From Candidatus Latescibacterota bacterium (GTDB lineage: Bacteria > Latescibacterota > UBA2968 > GCA-2709665), in contig CAXXJS010000050.1 in the NCBI GenBank assembly GCA_963662665.2, positions 77,757 to 141,756 on the forward strand: a stretch of DNA of 64,000 nucleotides, given 5' to 3'. The position numbers and the translations under genes are program-made. This document shows, one piece after another, positions 10,474 through 20,320 of the stretch. Below the pieces are notes generated by a model. The model ran no database searches and was not told the DNA's origin. It worked only from the letters and a program-made list of their open reading frames with translations. Numbering within the stretch: position 1 is the stretch's first letter; each line of letters starts with the position of its first letter.

Positions 10474-11340
10474 ATGATTCCTAGCCCATTCGACTATCAT
10501 GCGCCGAAGACCCTGAGAAAGGCGCTCAGCCTGCTTCAGGAACACGGAGACGACGCAAAGATCCTGGCTGGCGGCCACAGCCTCATCCCGCTGATGAAAC
10601 TGCGGTTCGCCTCTCCGGCAACCCTCATCGACCTTGGCGGCATCACGGGTCTGCGGAAGGTCGTGGCCGGAAACGAAACCATTTCGATCGGCGCCCTGGC
10701 GACTCACTACGCGGTTGAGAGCCACCGTCTGCTGAAGTCCAGGTGCGGCCTGCTACCTGAAACCGCCTCGGCAATAGGAGACGTCCAGGTGCGCAATCGC
10801 GGCACGGTAGGCGGCAGCCTGGTCCACGCGGACCCGGCTGCAGACTGGCCCGCCACGATGCTGGCGTTGAACGCCGAACTCGACGTCTCCGGCCCCGATG
10901 GCGTGAGGAGCGTTGCCATTGGCGATTTCTTCGAAGATCTGCTCACCACCGCCATTGGCGACGACGAAATCCTCACCCGGGTCCGCATCGCCACGCCGCC
11001 GGACAACTCGGGCGGTGCGTACGTCAAGATGCACCAGTCCGCCTCGGGATTCGCTATCTGCGGCGTTGCCGCCCAGGTTACGCGGGACAACGGCAGCTGC
11101 GCCTCGGTCGGCGTCGGCGTCACTGGGGTATCGCCGGTGGCTTACAGAGCCTCGGCCGTTGAGGCAGCGCTGCAGGGGGGACCGCTCAACGACGAGTCCA
11201 TCGCGTCGGCAGCCGAATTGGCCGCCGACGGCGTCGAGGAACTCCAGGAAGACCACCACGCTTCGGGCGACTACCGCGTGCACCTGGCGCGGGTCTATAC
11301 CCGGCAGGCGCTCACGCTTGCTGCCCAGCGGGCTGCCTGA
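10474..11340 (+). CDS. coxM: FAD-binding medium subunit
   Basis: LAGGHSLIPLMKLR and VRNRGTVGGS. Start at ATG 10474. Confidence 0.9.
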   Translation: MIPSPFDYHAPKTLRKALSLLQEHGDDAKILAGGHSLIPLMKLRFASPATLIDLGGITGLRKVVAGNETISIGALATHYAVESHRLLKSRCGLLPETASAIGDVQVRNRGTVGGSLVHADPAADWPATMLALNAELDVSGPDGVRSVAIGDFFEDLLTTAIGDDEILTRVRIATPPDNSGGAYVKMHQSASGFAICGVAAQVTRDNGSCASVGVGVTGVSPVAYRASAVEAALQGGPLNDESIASAAELAADGVEELQEDHHASGDYRVHLARVYTRQALTLAAQRAA

Positions 11341-11444
11341 CCGCGTCCGCACTTTGTAACCGTCAAACGCGTGCGTTCGGTTAAGGCGGCCGGGCGCGCG
11401 CCCGCACGTACCCACCACCCCCGTAGATTGCGGAGGAAGCGCTC

Positions 11445-11954
11445 TTGAAAATAACGGGCACGCACACCATCAACGCGTCCCGCGAGCGGGTCTTCGGAAT
11501 ACTCACGGACCCCGATGCCCTCGCCAGGTGTATACCGGGCGCCCGGAAGCTGGAACTTGCCGGCGAGAACACGTACGAACTGGAAATCAACGCCGGCGTA
11601 GGACCCATTAAGGGCAGTTACAGCGGCACGGTCCGGCTGGAAGACCTGAATCCGCCCGAATGCTATCGAATGATCGTCGACGCGAAGGGCAAGACCGGGT
11701 TTGTCAAAGGTGAGGGCAGTATCGATCTCGCAACCGAAGGCGACGGTACCCAGGTCTCGTACAGCGGCAACGTGCAACTGGGCGGCCCCGTTGCGGCCGT
11801 GGGCCAGCGGCTGCACATGAGCGTTTCGAAGATGATGACGCGGCAGCTGTTCGGCGCTATAGAGGCCGAGGCCAATGCCACTCCCGGCGAAACCGTGAAG
11901 CACGGCATCCTGCGGGACTATCTCCGCGGCAAGAGGCCGGGCGCCGGACAATAG
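11445..11954 (+). CDS. coxG: CoxG/SRPBCC family protein
   Basis: LTDPDALARCIPG...GVGPIKGSYSG, directly after coxM. Confidence 0.85.
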   Translation: MKITGTHTINASRERVFGILTDPDALARCIPGARKLELAGENTYELEINAGVGPIKGSYSGTVRLEDLNPPECYRMIVDAKGKTGFVKGEGSIDLATEGDGTQVSYSGNVQLGGPVAAVGQRLHMSVSKMMTRQLFGAIEAEANATPGETVKHGILRDYLRGKRPGAGQ

Positions 11955-12018
11955 CGGTTCCCGTCCGGACCGGCTGAGATAACCAAAAACGCGCGAGTTC
12001 TGCAATCCGGAATCCCGT

Positions 12019-12384
12019 ATGCCCCATATCAACTGGAACGACGTCCCCGTCAACGACCTGGCGCCCGGCGTGCGAATCCGCGCGCCCTATGGCGAAAACC
12101 TCATGATCTCCCTGCTGGAAATGGATGAGGGTGCGGTCGTGCCGCTGCACCATCACCCCCACGAACAGGGCGGCATCATGCTCGAGGGGCGGGTCGAACT
12201 CACGATTGGGGACGTTACCCGTACGGTTGAGAAGGACGCCGCGTATCTCATTCCGCCCAATGTGCCCCATCGCGCGGTTGCCGTGGACGGTCCCGCCGTT
12301 GTGCTGGACATCTTCAGCCCCGTCCGGGAAGACTACGTGGAACTGGGCAACCGCTACATCCCGCCTGACGACGCGCCCGGATAA
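12019..12384 (+). CDS. cupin domain protein
   Basis: PLHHHPHEQ and IPPNVPH cupin motifs. Confidence 0.88.
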   Translation: MPHINWNDVPVNDLAPGVRIRAPYGENLMISLLEMDEGAVVPLHHHPHEQGGIMLEGRVELTIGDVTRTVEKDAAYLIPPNVPHRAVAVDGPAVVLDIFSPVREDYVELGNRYIPPDDAPG

Positions 12385-12425
12385 ACGCACAGGCCGCCGT
12401 GTCGCAGATCGAGAATTGAAAAAAA

Positions 12426-12454
12426 CAGAGGGTCGGGAGTGATTCCCGACCCTC
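12426..12454. terminator. hairpin terminator between convergent genes
   Basis: AGAGGGTCGGGA-GTGAT-TCCCGACCCTCT, preceded by an A-run. Confidence 0.7.
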
Positions 12455-12491
12455 TTCTCGTTCCTCCGCGTGGCCCTCATCCCTCTTCATT

Positions 12492-15400
12492 CTACCCGAT
12501 TGATCGCGAACCGAGAATAGAACCTGCAAACCCCCTCATAAAACCCCGCAGGTCGTCCAGATACGTATAGAACAGAGGTACGACGAAGAGCGTCAATATC
12601 GTGGATGAAACCAGGCCGCCGATCATCGTGATGCCCAGCGGGGCGTAGGGGGTTCCGAGCATGGTCGCCGATCCGGCGGCCATCGGGAACAATCCGAAGA
12701 TGGTCGTAAAAGTTGTCATCAGAATAGGCCGGAACCGGTTGTATCCGGCCTCCTCGATCGCCTCCGCGCGGCTCATGCCTTGCGTACGCAACCGGTTGAT
12801 CATATCCACCAGAACGATCGCGTTGTTCACCACGACGCCGATGAGGAGAATGATGCCCATCTGGGACATTTTTCCCATAACGGTACCCGTGAGGAAAAGA
12901 CCCCAGTACACCCCCAGAAAGGCGAACGGGATCGACAGCAGCACCGCGAACGGCAGAACGAAAGACTCGAACAGCACGCCCATCAGCAGGAAGACACAGG
13001 TTATCGCCATCGCGATTGCGAACGACATCGTATCGTCTGCCTCCCGGAACCTTGAATAGGTCTCCCCCTTGTTCCAGGAATATCCCCGCGGCATGGCGAA
13101 ACCATCCATCGCCCGGTCGATCTGCGCCCACAGCCCTTTCAGGTCCTCCTTCGTTGTGTACGCCCGCACCCGCATCCGCATCTTCCCGTCCTCCCGTCGA
13201 ATGGTGCCGCTGCCTTCCGTTAACCTGAACGTGGCGAATGCCGAAAGGGGTACCTGGGTCCCGGCTTTCGAATGAAAAGGAAAACTCTTGAGTTGCGCCA
13301 GCGTCCGGCGGTCGTCTTCGTCCATAAACAACCGGACCGAAATCCTCCGGTCGTCCTCGTAATACGGCGCCAGGTTGACCCCGCGCAACTGGTATGAAAT
13401 GCTCTGCCCAACGGCCTGGGCCGTGATCCCGTAGGTGTGGGCCTGCTCCTTGTTGATGAGCACCTGCACCTCTTTTTCCGCAAATTCCAGGTCGCTGTCC
13501 ACACTCACAACGTCCGGAATTGCTTCCACCCGCTGCCGCACGGTCTCCGAAAGCCGCGCCAGCAGTTCGATGTCCTCTCCGTAAAGAAAGACCGAGACTC
13601 CCGGTTCGCTGCGCCACCGCGTCTGAACCATCACCCGCACACCAACGAATTGCGGTATGTGTTTTTTGGCGTCCTCGATCACCTCCGCCCGCGTCATCCG
13701 TCCCTTTATTGGGATACCGGCCTTCTTTCGAACGCTCTTGTAAAACTGATACCACCAGTCCTTGTTAGGCTCCTCTTCCAGATAGACACGGATAAAGCCG
13801 CGTTGCCTCCAGTAACCCAGCCGCACCGTTTCAATGCGGTACGTCTCCCGCTTGCTTTCCAGGAAATCCTCGATCTGCGTAGCAATCCGCTCCATCTCCG
13901 CCCGCTTGAAAAACGGAGCGGCCGTGAAACGGATGTAGAACTCATTATTCACGCGGGCGCGCCCGGTTGTCTTCTTGATGTTCGACGCAGGATAGAGAAT
14001 CGAAATGAACAGGATGATGAAGATCAGCGAAGCGTCCCGCCGGTGTGCAAGAATCCATCTCAAACCGCCATGGTATCTGCGCCGCAACCACCGGACCGAT
14101 CCCGGATCTTCCGTGGCGGCGCGCCTGCCAAGCAACTTCGCGGCGAGGGGGATGAAAATCAGCGCCACAAACAGAGACCCCAGCAGCGATACGACCACCG
14201 GAATGCCGACCCTCGTGAGTTCGAACGTCAGCCCGACGTCTCCCGTCATGAACATCAGCGGCATAAAGACTACGACCGTGGTCAACGTCGCCATCGAGAT
14301 GGCCATACCCACCTCGCTCGCCCCGGCAACCGACGCCTCGTCCACGTCCATTCCCTTTGCACGCATCCGATAGATGTTTTCCACAATGACAATCGCGTTG
14401 TCCACCACCATTCCCATCCCCACCATCAGGCCCATCATTGTGAGCAGATTCAGCGACCAGTCCAGAAAATAGAGCACGGAAATCGTCATCATGATACACA
14501 GCGGAATCGAAAGGGTGATGAGGGCCGTCATCCGGATCGCGCGCAGGAAATACAGCAGGATCAGGGAGGCGAAAAGGGCGCCCCATATTGCGGTCGTCCG
14601 GATATTGTCTATGGAGTCCCGCACCGCCGCCCCCTGGTCCCACATGACGTTGAACTGTGCGCCGGTTTCACGGCCGATCAGGTCCAATTCCTTCTTCACC
14701 AGGCTGGACACGTCCACCACATTGGCGCTGGACTCCTTGTATACATCCAGGCCGACGGCTTCCTTTCCATTGATTCGCCACGATCCCAGGTCCGGCGGTC
14801 TCCCGAAAAGCACGCCCCCACGTCGCCTACACTGACGTGTCCCTGGCCGCTCGAGCGTATGATGGGAATCCGCCGGATCTCGTCCATGTCCTTATACCGC
14901 GCCAGGGAGCGGATGAAATACTTCTTGTCGCCCTCATGTACGTAACCTCCGGCCAGCGCGAAATTCTCCCCCTGCAACGCCTGAACCACGTCGGCGGGCC
15001 GGACGCCCAGCGAACGCATGCGCTCCTGGAACACGACTACCATGATCTCCTTCCTGAAACGGCCCCAGAAAGAGATTTTCGCCACCCCGTCGATTCGTTC
15101 GAGACGTCGCTGTACCTTGTTTTCAATGAATGACTGGATATCCTCGACACCCGCCGGCGGCGCAAGCCCCATCCAAATAATCTCCTGGTCGGTCTCTTCG
15201 TTATACTTCCAGACGCCCGTGCGATCGCGCTTCTCGGGCGGCAGTTCCAGTTTGAGGCGGTCCAGCCGGTCCATTACCTGGTTGTAGGCCAGAGACATAT
15301 CGGTTTCCGGTCGAAACCTCAGACCTGCATTCGCCCAGTCCTTGCCGGCCCATGTTCGCATATTCCTGAGGTTTTTTACGGTACCCAGGTAGGTTTCGAA

Positions 15401-15616
15401 CAGCCGGCAGATTTCCTGGTCGTTCTCCTTGGGCGACGTGTCCCGGCTGTCCACCCACACCCACAGTCGCTTCCACTCCCATCCGGAAGGAAAGGCCTGC
15501 AGGCGTATTTTCATGTACGACACGCAACCAATCACCAGCAGCGCCACGAGACACATGGCCACCGTGACCGGTCGTGAAATGGAAAACCTCGGCAACAGCG
15601 CATGTCGGTCCTTCAC
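12492..15616 (-). pseudogene. RND efflux permease (AcrB-like), split by a 1-nt frameshift
   Basis: The N-terminal ORF (14696-15616) and C-terminal ORF (12492-14813; GMVVDNAIV, RFRPILMT) join if one G is added to the G5 run at 14815-14819. Confidence 0.75.
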
Positions 15617-15774
15617 GTGAAACTCCTGCGGGAATCAGAGCCGAACATCAGGTATTTCCGCATTGGTTCTGATAAAAGATACACATCCGGGGTTTCAAAT
15701 GGTAATAATTCCATTATCACAGGCAGGCGCGACGCATGCGTCGCGCCTGCCTACTGATTTTCGAACATTTGCGC

Positions 15775-15803
15775 TTGACATAAATCGTCCAAAATCCTAT
15801 TTT
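15775..15803 (+). promoter_or_regulatory. sigma70 promoter of the T-box-pheST transcript
   Basis: TTGACA-N17-TATTTT immediately upstream of the T-box. Confidence 0.65.
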
Positions 15804-15810
15804 CTCACCC

Positions 15811-16122
15811 AAAGCGATGACGGAGGAAAGTAAGCCGTCCCCAACCGGAAAGGGAGGGGGCGCCCCGGACTGAAAGCGCCCCTGCGGCATGAACGGCCGA
15901 AGTTCCCTCCCGAGCTGCAACGCTGAATGCGATTGCCGGAATCAGTCCCTGGCCTGAAGGTCGTTCGCGGCAATCGTTACTAGGCGAAGCCGGCAACTCT
16001 CGCCGATAACGGAGAGGGGCGGTTGTGGCCGTCCGTCAAGCGGCGCCTGTCCGGCGCAAACAGGGTGGTACCGCGGAAGGCATCACGTCCTTTCGTCCCT
16101 GCGGGGATGAAAGGTTTTTTTT
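15811..16122 (+). promoter_or_regulatory. T-box riboswitch, Phe specifier, transcriptional type
   Basis: Stem I AGGGAG and GACTGAAA motifs, specifier TTC at 15903-15905, T-box AAACAGGGTGGTACCGCG at 16058-16075, and terminator CCTTTCGTCCC...GGGATGAAAGG followed by T8. Confidence 0.92.
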
Positions 16123-16196
16123 GTTGCCGGGGGCCAAATCCGGGCGTCGTACCCTCTTCCGCCAGTCGCGGACCCCCGATTCCAGGGAGCATTCAC

Positions 16197-17783
16197 GTGA
16201 GTCAACCGATCGACCTGTCGTCTCTTCACGCACTCGAAGTCAAGACGCTGCGCGCCTTCGATGGGCGTGAGGACACCGAAATCAACGACGCCGGGCTACC
16301 GGCAGCCGCGGGCCTCGGCCCGGGCCAGGTCCGGCGCGCCGTGGAATGGCTGCGTTCCAAAGGTCTCCTCGAGGTCGCCGGCGAAGCCACGGTCTCTACC
16401 GTCAGCCTCACCGAATCGGGCGTTGCCCAGGCTGCCATAGGCGCCACCCCTGAAGTCGCGCTGTTGATCAGGGCCGGAAAAGAACCCGCGCCAACGCTCA
16501 AGGACATCCAGGCAGACACCCGCTTCGACCGGGGAGACTGGGGCAGCGCCTTCGGCGGCCTGAAGGCCGAAGGCACGATCCGGCAGGAAGGCGCCGCCAT
16601 CGGTATCGCCGATCCCGAAAGAGCCGCGTTCTATACGCAAAGGCTATTGCCGGGGCTTTTTCATCGCTTCGGAGATGACGCCGACAAGGCTGTCCTGAAT
16701 CTCTCAGACCTTACAGAAGAAATACAGACCTATATCCGTCAAAAAACGAGCAAACGTGGCAAGGGCAAGGGCGCCATCCGCGTGGACGAACGCCTCGAAC
16801 GCACGTACCGGCTCACGCCGTCGGGCGCCCGGACGCTTCGCCGCATTCTGGAAACCAACTTGTCCGGTGAAGAGGTCTCTCGCCTCACGCAGGAAATGCT
16901 CCAGTCCGGCGACTGGCGGAACGTCTCGTTCCGCCGTTATGACATCAGTATCAAGCCCCCGCGCATTCTCATCGGTCGCCTCCACCCCTACCGCGCCTAC
17001 CTCGACGGCGTCCGGCGAAAACTGCTCTCCCTGGGGTTCGAAGAAATGAAGGGACCGCTGGTGGAAACCGAGTTCTGGAACATGGATGCCCTGTTCATGC
17101 CGCAGTTCCACGCGGCACGCAATATCCACGACGCCTATTACGTGAAGGAACCCACGCGTTCGAAAGCGGTCGAAGAACCCTTCTTTTCGAATGTGGCTGC
17201 GGCCCACGCGAACGGCGGCGACACGGGCTCCCGCGGTTGGCGATACGAATTCAACCCGGGCCGGGCGCGCCGGCTCATTCTGCGCAGCCAGGGAACCGCG
17301 CTGTCGGGCCGTACGCTGGCTTCCGGCCCGAATATCCCGGGGAAATACTTCGCTGTCGCGCGCTGTTTCCGTTACGATGACGTCGACGCCACCCACGCGG
17401 CGGACTTTTTCCAGGTGGAGGGTATCGTACTGGGAGAGAGCATAAACTTCCGGAGTCTGCTCGGCCTGCTCAAGCTCTTTGCGCTGGAAATCGCGCAGTC
17501 GGAGGAGTGCCGGTTTGTGCCGGACTATTTCCCGTTCACCGAGCCCTCGGTCGAACTTCAGGCCAGGCACCCGACGCTGGGCTGGATCGAATTCGGCGGC
17601 GCGGGCCTCTTCCGACCCGAACTCACGCGCCCGCTCGGCGTAGAGGTCCCCGTTATCGCATGGGGACTCGGCATCGACCGTATGGCCATGGTTGCCCTGG
17701 GTATTGACGATATCCGTGACCTTTTCAGCACCGACCTGGACCTGATCCGTAACGAGAGAGAAAACATGCCAGCGTCGAGGTAA
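16197..17783 (+). CDS. pheS: phenylalanine--tRNA ligase alpha subunit, archaeal/eukaryotic type
   Basis: EFWNMDALFMPQFHAARNIHD, CFRYDDVDATH, YFPFTEPS and AWGLGIDR. About 528 aa with a long N-terminal extension. GTG start. Confidence 0.93.
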   Translation: MSQPIDLSSLHALEVKTLRAFDGREDTEINDAGLPAAAGLGPGQVRRAVEWLRSKGLLEVAGEATVSTVSLTESGVAQAAIGATPEVALLIRAGKEPAPTLKDIQADTRFDRGDWGSAFGGLKAEGTIRQEGAAIGIADPERAAFYTQRLLPGLFHRFGDDADKAVLNLSDLTEEIQTYIRQKTSKRGKGKGAIRVDERLERTYRLTPSGARTLRRILETNLSGEEVSRLTQEMLQSGDWRNVSFRRYDISIKPPRILIGRLHPYRAYLDGVRRKLLSLGFEEMKGPLVETEFWNMDALFMPQFHAARNIHDAYYVKEPTRSKAVEEPFFSNVAAAHANGGDTGSRGWRYEFNPGRARRLILRSQGTALSGRTLASGPNIPGKYFAVARCFRYDDVDATHAADFFQVEGIVLGESINFRSLLGLLKLFALEIAQSEECRFVPDYFPFTEPSVELQARHPTLGWIEFGGAGLFRPELTRPLGVEVPVIAWGLGIDRMAMVALGIDDIRDLFSTDLDLIRNERENMPASR

Positions 17784-17899
17784 TAACCGGCGCGGTCCGG
17801 CCCAAATTGTCTTTCGTGTTTCGCCTTTTCTAACGACTTCCGTCTGCCGTCTTCCCCGGGCCGGGCTGGACGGGCGGTGTTTCGGTTGCAGGAGTCCCC

Positions 17900-19576
17900 A
17901 TGCCCACCATTTCCGTCATCAGGAAAGACCTGGAACGACTCGCGGGCCATACCTACGACCTGACCGAACTCGAACACGCCCTCGAGACCGTCAAAGCCGA
18001 GGTCAGGGTCGAAGACGACTCCCGCTTAAGGATCCAGCTGAAGGATACCAACCGGCCGGACCTCTGGTCGTCCGAGGGCGTCGCCCGGCTGCTCAAGGGC
18101 CATCGGAACGGCGGGCACCCGTCTTACCCATTTTTCGATGATCCCGCAGCCGGCCTCGAACTGCGGGTTGACCCCGCGCTGAACCGTATCCGGCCCTATA
18201 TAGCCGCTTTCGCGTGTGAAGGGATTACGGTGGACGAATCGGCCCTGGAGCAACTCATAGAGGCCCAGGAAAAACTGGCGGAAGGATACGGTCGCGGACG
18301 GAGCGCCGTGGCCATCGGCATCTACGACGCTTCCGACGTCGTCTTTCCCGTCCACTACGCGGCCGCAGATCCGGACGCCGCGCGCTTTGTGCCGCTGGGG
18401 ATGGATACCGGGTTGACGCTCCGGGAAATCCTGAGCGAGCATCCGACCGGCGAAACGTACGCGCATCTTCTTGAAGACTTCGACAGATTTCCCCTCATCA
18501 CCGACAGCGGCGGAAGCGTGCTTTCCATGCCGCCTGTGATCAACAGCCGGGACCCGGGCGCCGTGGAAACAGGCGATACGTTTCTGTTCTGCGAGGCCAC
18601 AGGCACCGAGCTCGACGCCGTGCTGCTTTCCGTTTCCATAATGGCCGCCAACATGGCCGACCGCGGCGGGCGCATACTGCCCGTAAACACCATCTATCCA
18701 TACGATACGCCGCGAGGGCGAGAGATCCAGTGCCCTCTCGACATGACGGAATCCGTCGAGGTCAATCTCGACGACTTGCGGAGTGTCATCGGCGGCGACA
18801 TCGACAGCGGGAAAATTGAAAGCGCCCTGTCCGGCATGGGGTACCGGGACATCACTCTCGACCACGCCAGCGTCCGGGCGCGGCCTGCGCCCTACCGGGA
18901 CGACATCCTCCATCCCGTGGACCTCATAGAGGACGTTATCGTGGCCGTGGGCTTCGACAACTTCGAGCCCGAAATGCCCCAGGATTTCACCGTGGGCAAG
19001 GCGGCGCCCGAGGAGGACCTCTCCGACCGCATCCGCGGCCTGATGGTGGGTTGCGGGTTCCAGGAACTCTTTTTGCCCATTCTCTCCTCGCGCACCGACC
19101 TGACGGAGCGCATGCGCGACGCGGACGCCGAAATTGTCGAGATCTCCAACCCGATGTCCGAGAACTACAGCGCGGTTCGCAGCGCGCTCCTACCCGGGCT
19201 GCTCCGCGTGGAAGGGGCCAGCCGAAAGGCCCCATATCCCCACCGCGTCTTCGAAGTGGGCGAGGTCTCCGTTCTTGCGCCGGACGACCTCTATGGAACC
19301 CGTACCGAGATCCGAATTGCCGCGCTGGAAGCCCACGCCGAAGCCAATCTCTCGGGGGTCCAGAGCCACCTGGAAGCCCTGGCCTACTACCTCGGATTCG
19401 ACTACAGTCTCACGCCGTTGGAGCATCCCACTTTCCTGACGGGTCGGGCGGGCGAGATTCGCGTGGACGGGAAGAGCTACGGCATCATCGGAGAAGTCCA
19501 TCCCGAAGTCCTGGAAAACTGGGGCGTTTCCATACCGGTCAGCGCGTTCGAGATCAGCATTGCTATCGCCCGATAA
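17900..19576 (+). CDS. pheT: phenylalanine--tRNA ligase beta subunit, archaeal/eukaryotic type
   Basis: MPTI start, DTNRPDLWSSEG, SMPPVINS and RDDILHPVDLIED. At 558 aa it lacks the bacterial B2 and B8 domains. Confidence 0.93.
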   Translation: MPTISVIRKDLERLAGHTYDLTELEHALETVKAEVRVEDDSRLRIQLKDTNRPDLWSSEGVARLLKGHRNGGHPSYPFFDDPAAGLELRVDPALNRIRPYIAAFACEGITVDESALEQLIEAQEKLAEGYGRGRSAVAIGIYDASDVVFPVHYAAADPDAARFVPLGMDTGLTLREILSEHPTGETYAHLLEDFDRFPLITDSGGSVLSMPPVINSRDPGAVETGDTFLFCEATGTELDAVLLSVSIMAANMADRGGRILPVNTIYPYDTPRGREIQCPLDMTESVEVNLDDLRSVIGGDIDSGKIESALSGMGYRDITLDHASVRARPAPYRDDILHPVDLIEDVIVAVGFDNFEPEMPQDFTVGKAAPEEDLSDRIRGLMVGCGFQELFLPILSSRTDLTERMRDADAEIVEISNPMSENYSAVRSALLPGLLRVEGASRKAPYPHRVFEVGEVSVLAPDDLYGTRTEIRIAALEAHAEANLSGVQSHLEALAYYLGFDYSLTPLEHPTFLTGRAGEIRVDGKSYGIIGEVHPEVLENWGVSIPVSAFEISIAIAR

Positions 19577-19621
19577 CAACCCTGAATGCGATTAAACGCA
19601 CAGCAGCGATCGGATAACAGG

Positions 19622-19658
19622 AACGGGTTACGCCAAAATGACGTAACCCGTTGTTTTT
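19622..19658. terminator. terminator hairpin between pheT and the tRNA
   Basis: AACGGGTTACG-N9-CGTAACCCGTT followed by a T-run. Confidence 0.7.
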
Positions 19659-19746
19659 TGGTGCCGAAGGGGGGACTCGAACCCCCACGAGCACAAGGCT
19701 CACTGCGCCCTGAACGCAGCGCGTCTACCAATTCCACCACTTCGGC
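19659..19746 (-). tRNA. tRNA-Leu(CAG)
   Basis: GCCGAAG acceptor stem, GGAATTGGTAGAC D-arm, anticodon loop TT-CAG-GG, long variable arm, GTTCGAGTC and encoded CCA. Confidence 0.97.
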
Positions 19747-19817
19747 ATCTGATCCTGAGGCCTGCGGATTGGACCCCGCAAACGCGAATCAAAATATATA
19801 GAATCGCCATATGGTTG

Positions 19818-20252
19818 TCAAGAATCGTCGGTCGCAAACAGAGATCGGAATCCCTCGGGCATCCGCTTGGGTTTCCGCGTGGCGTAGTCCAGAAAGGCGA
19901 TGCCGGTTTTGGCGCGGGCGACTTCCCGGCCCGTGTCCCTGTCGGTAATGCGGTAGAGGACGTCGCATCCGATGCGGCTGATTCCGTCGACGGCGACTTC
20001 GAAAGTCAGCGTCTGGCCGTAGAAAGCTTCGGACTTGTACTGGATGACGGCGTCGACCATAATGATGCCCACCCCGTCCACGTCCAGTTCGCTGAAGCCG
20101 TAGCTTTCCAGAAAACGCACCCGCGCCTCGTGGACGAGCGAGAGCACGGCGTTGTTGTCCATGTGTCCGCCGTAGTTGATGTCGGAGACACGAAGGCGGA
20201 CGTCGGTGGCGTATATGAAGGTCTCGGGGAGCCCGAGTTTGACGCGGGACAT
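19818..20252 (-). CDS. acyl-CoA thioesterase (hotdog fold)
   Basis: RVSDINYGGHMDNNAVLSLVHEAR. Confidence 0.88.
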   Translation of the reverse strand: MSRVKLGLPETFIYATDVRLRVSDINYGGHMDNNAVLSLVHEARVRFLESYGFSELDVDGVGIIMVDAVIQYKSEAFYGQTLTFEVAVDGISRIGCDVLYRITDRDTGREVARAKTGIAFLDYATRKPKRMPEGFRSLFATDDS

Positions 20253-20320
20253 AGCGGGAGCGGGGTATCCTTTCTTTCTGTCCGTAGACGGCCCCTTCGT
20301 CGCACCGGCGGCGTCGCGCC

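Noticed and set aside
16023-16196. N-terminal extension of pheS in the ORF track
   Set aside because: It overlaps the T-box antiterminator and terminator. GTG 16197 with a GGGAG RBS is the better start.
19577-19817. Integrative element at tRNA-Leu
   Set aside because: No integrase, and no duplicated tRNA 3' end seen in the window.
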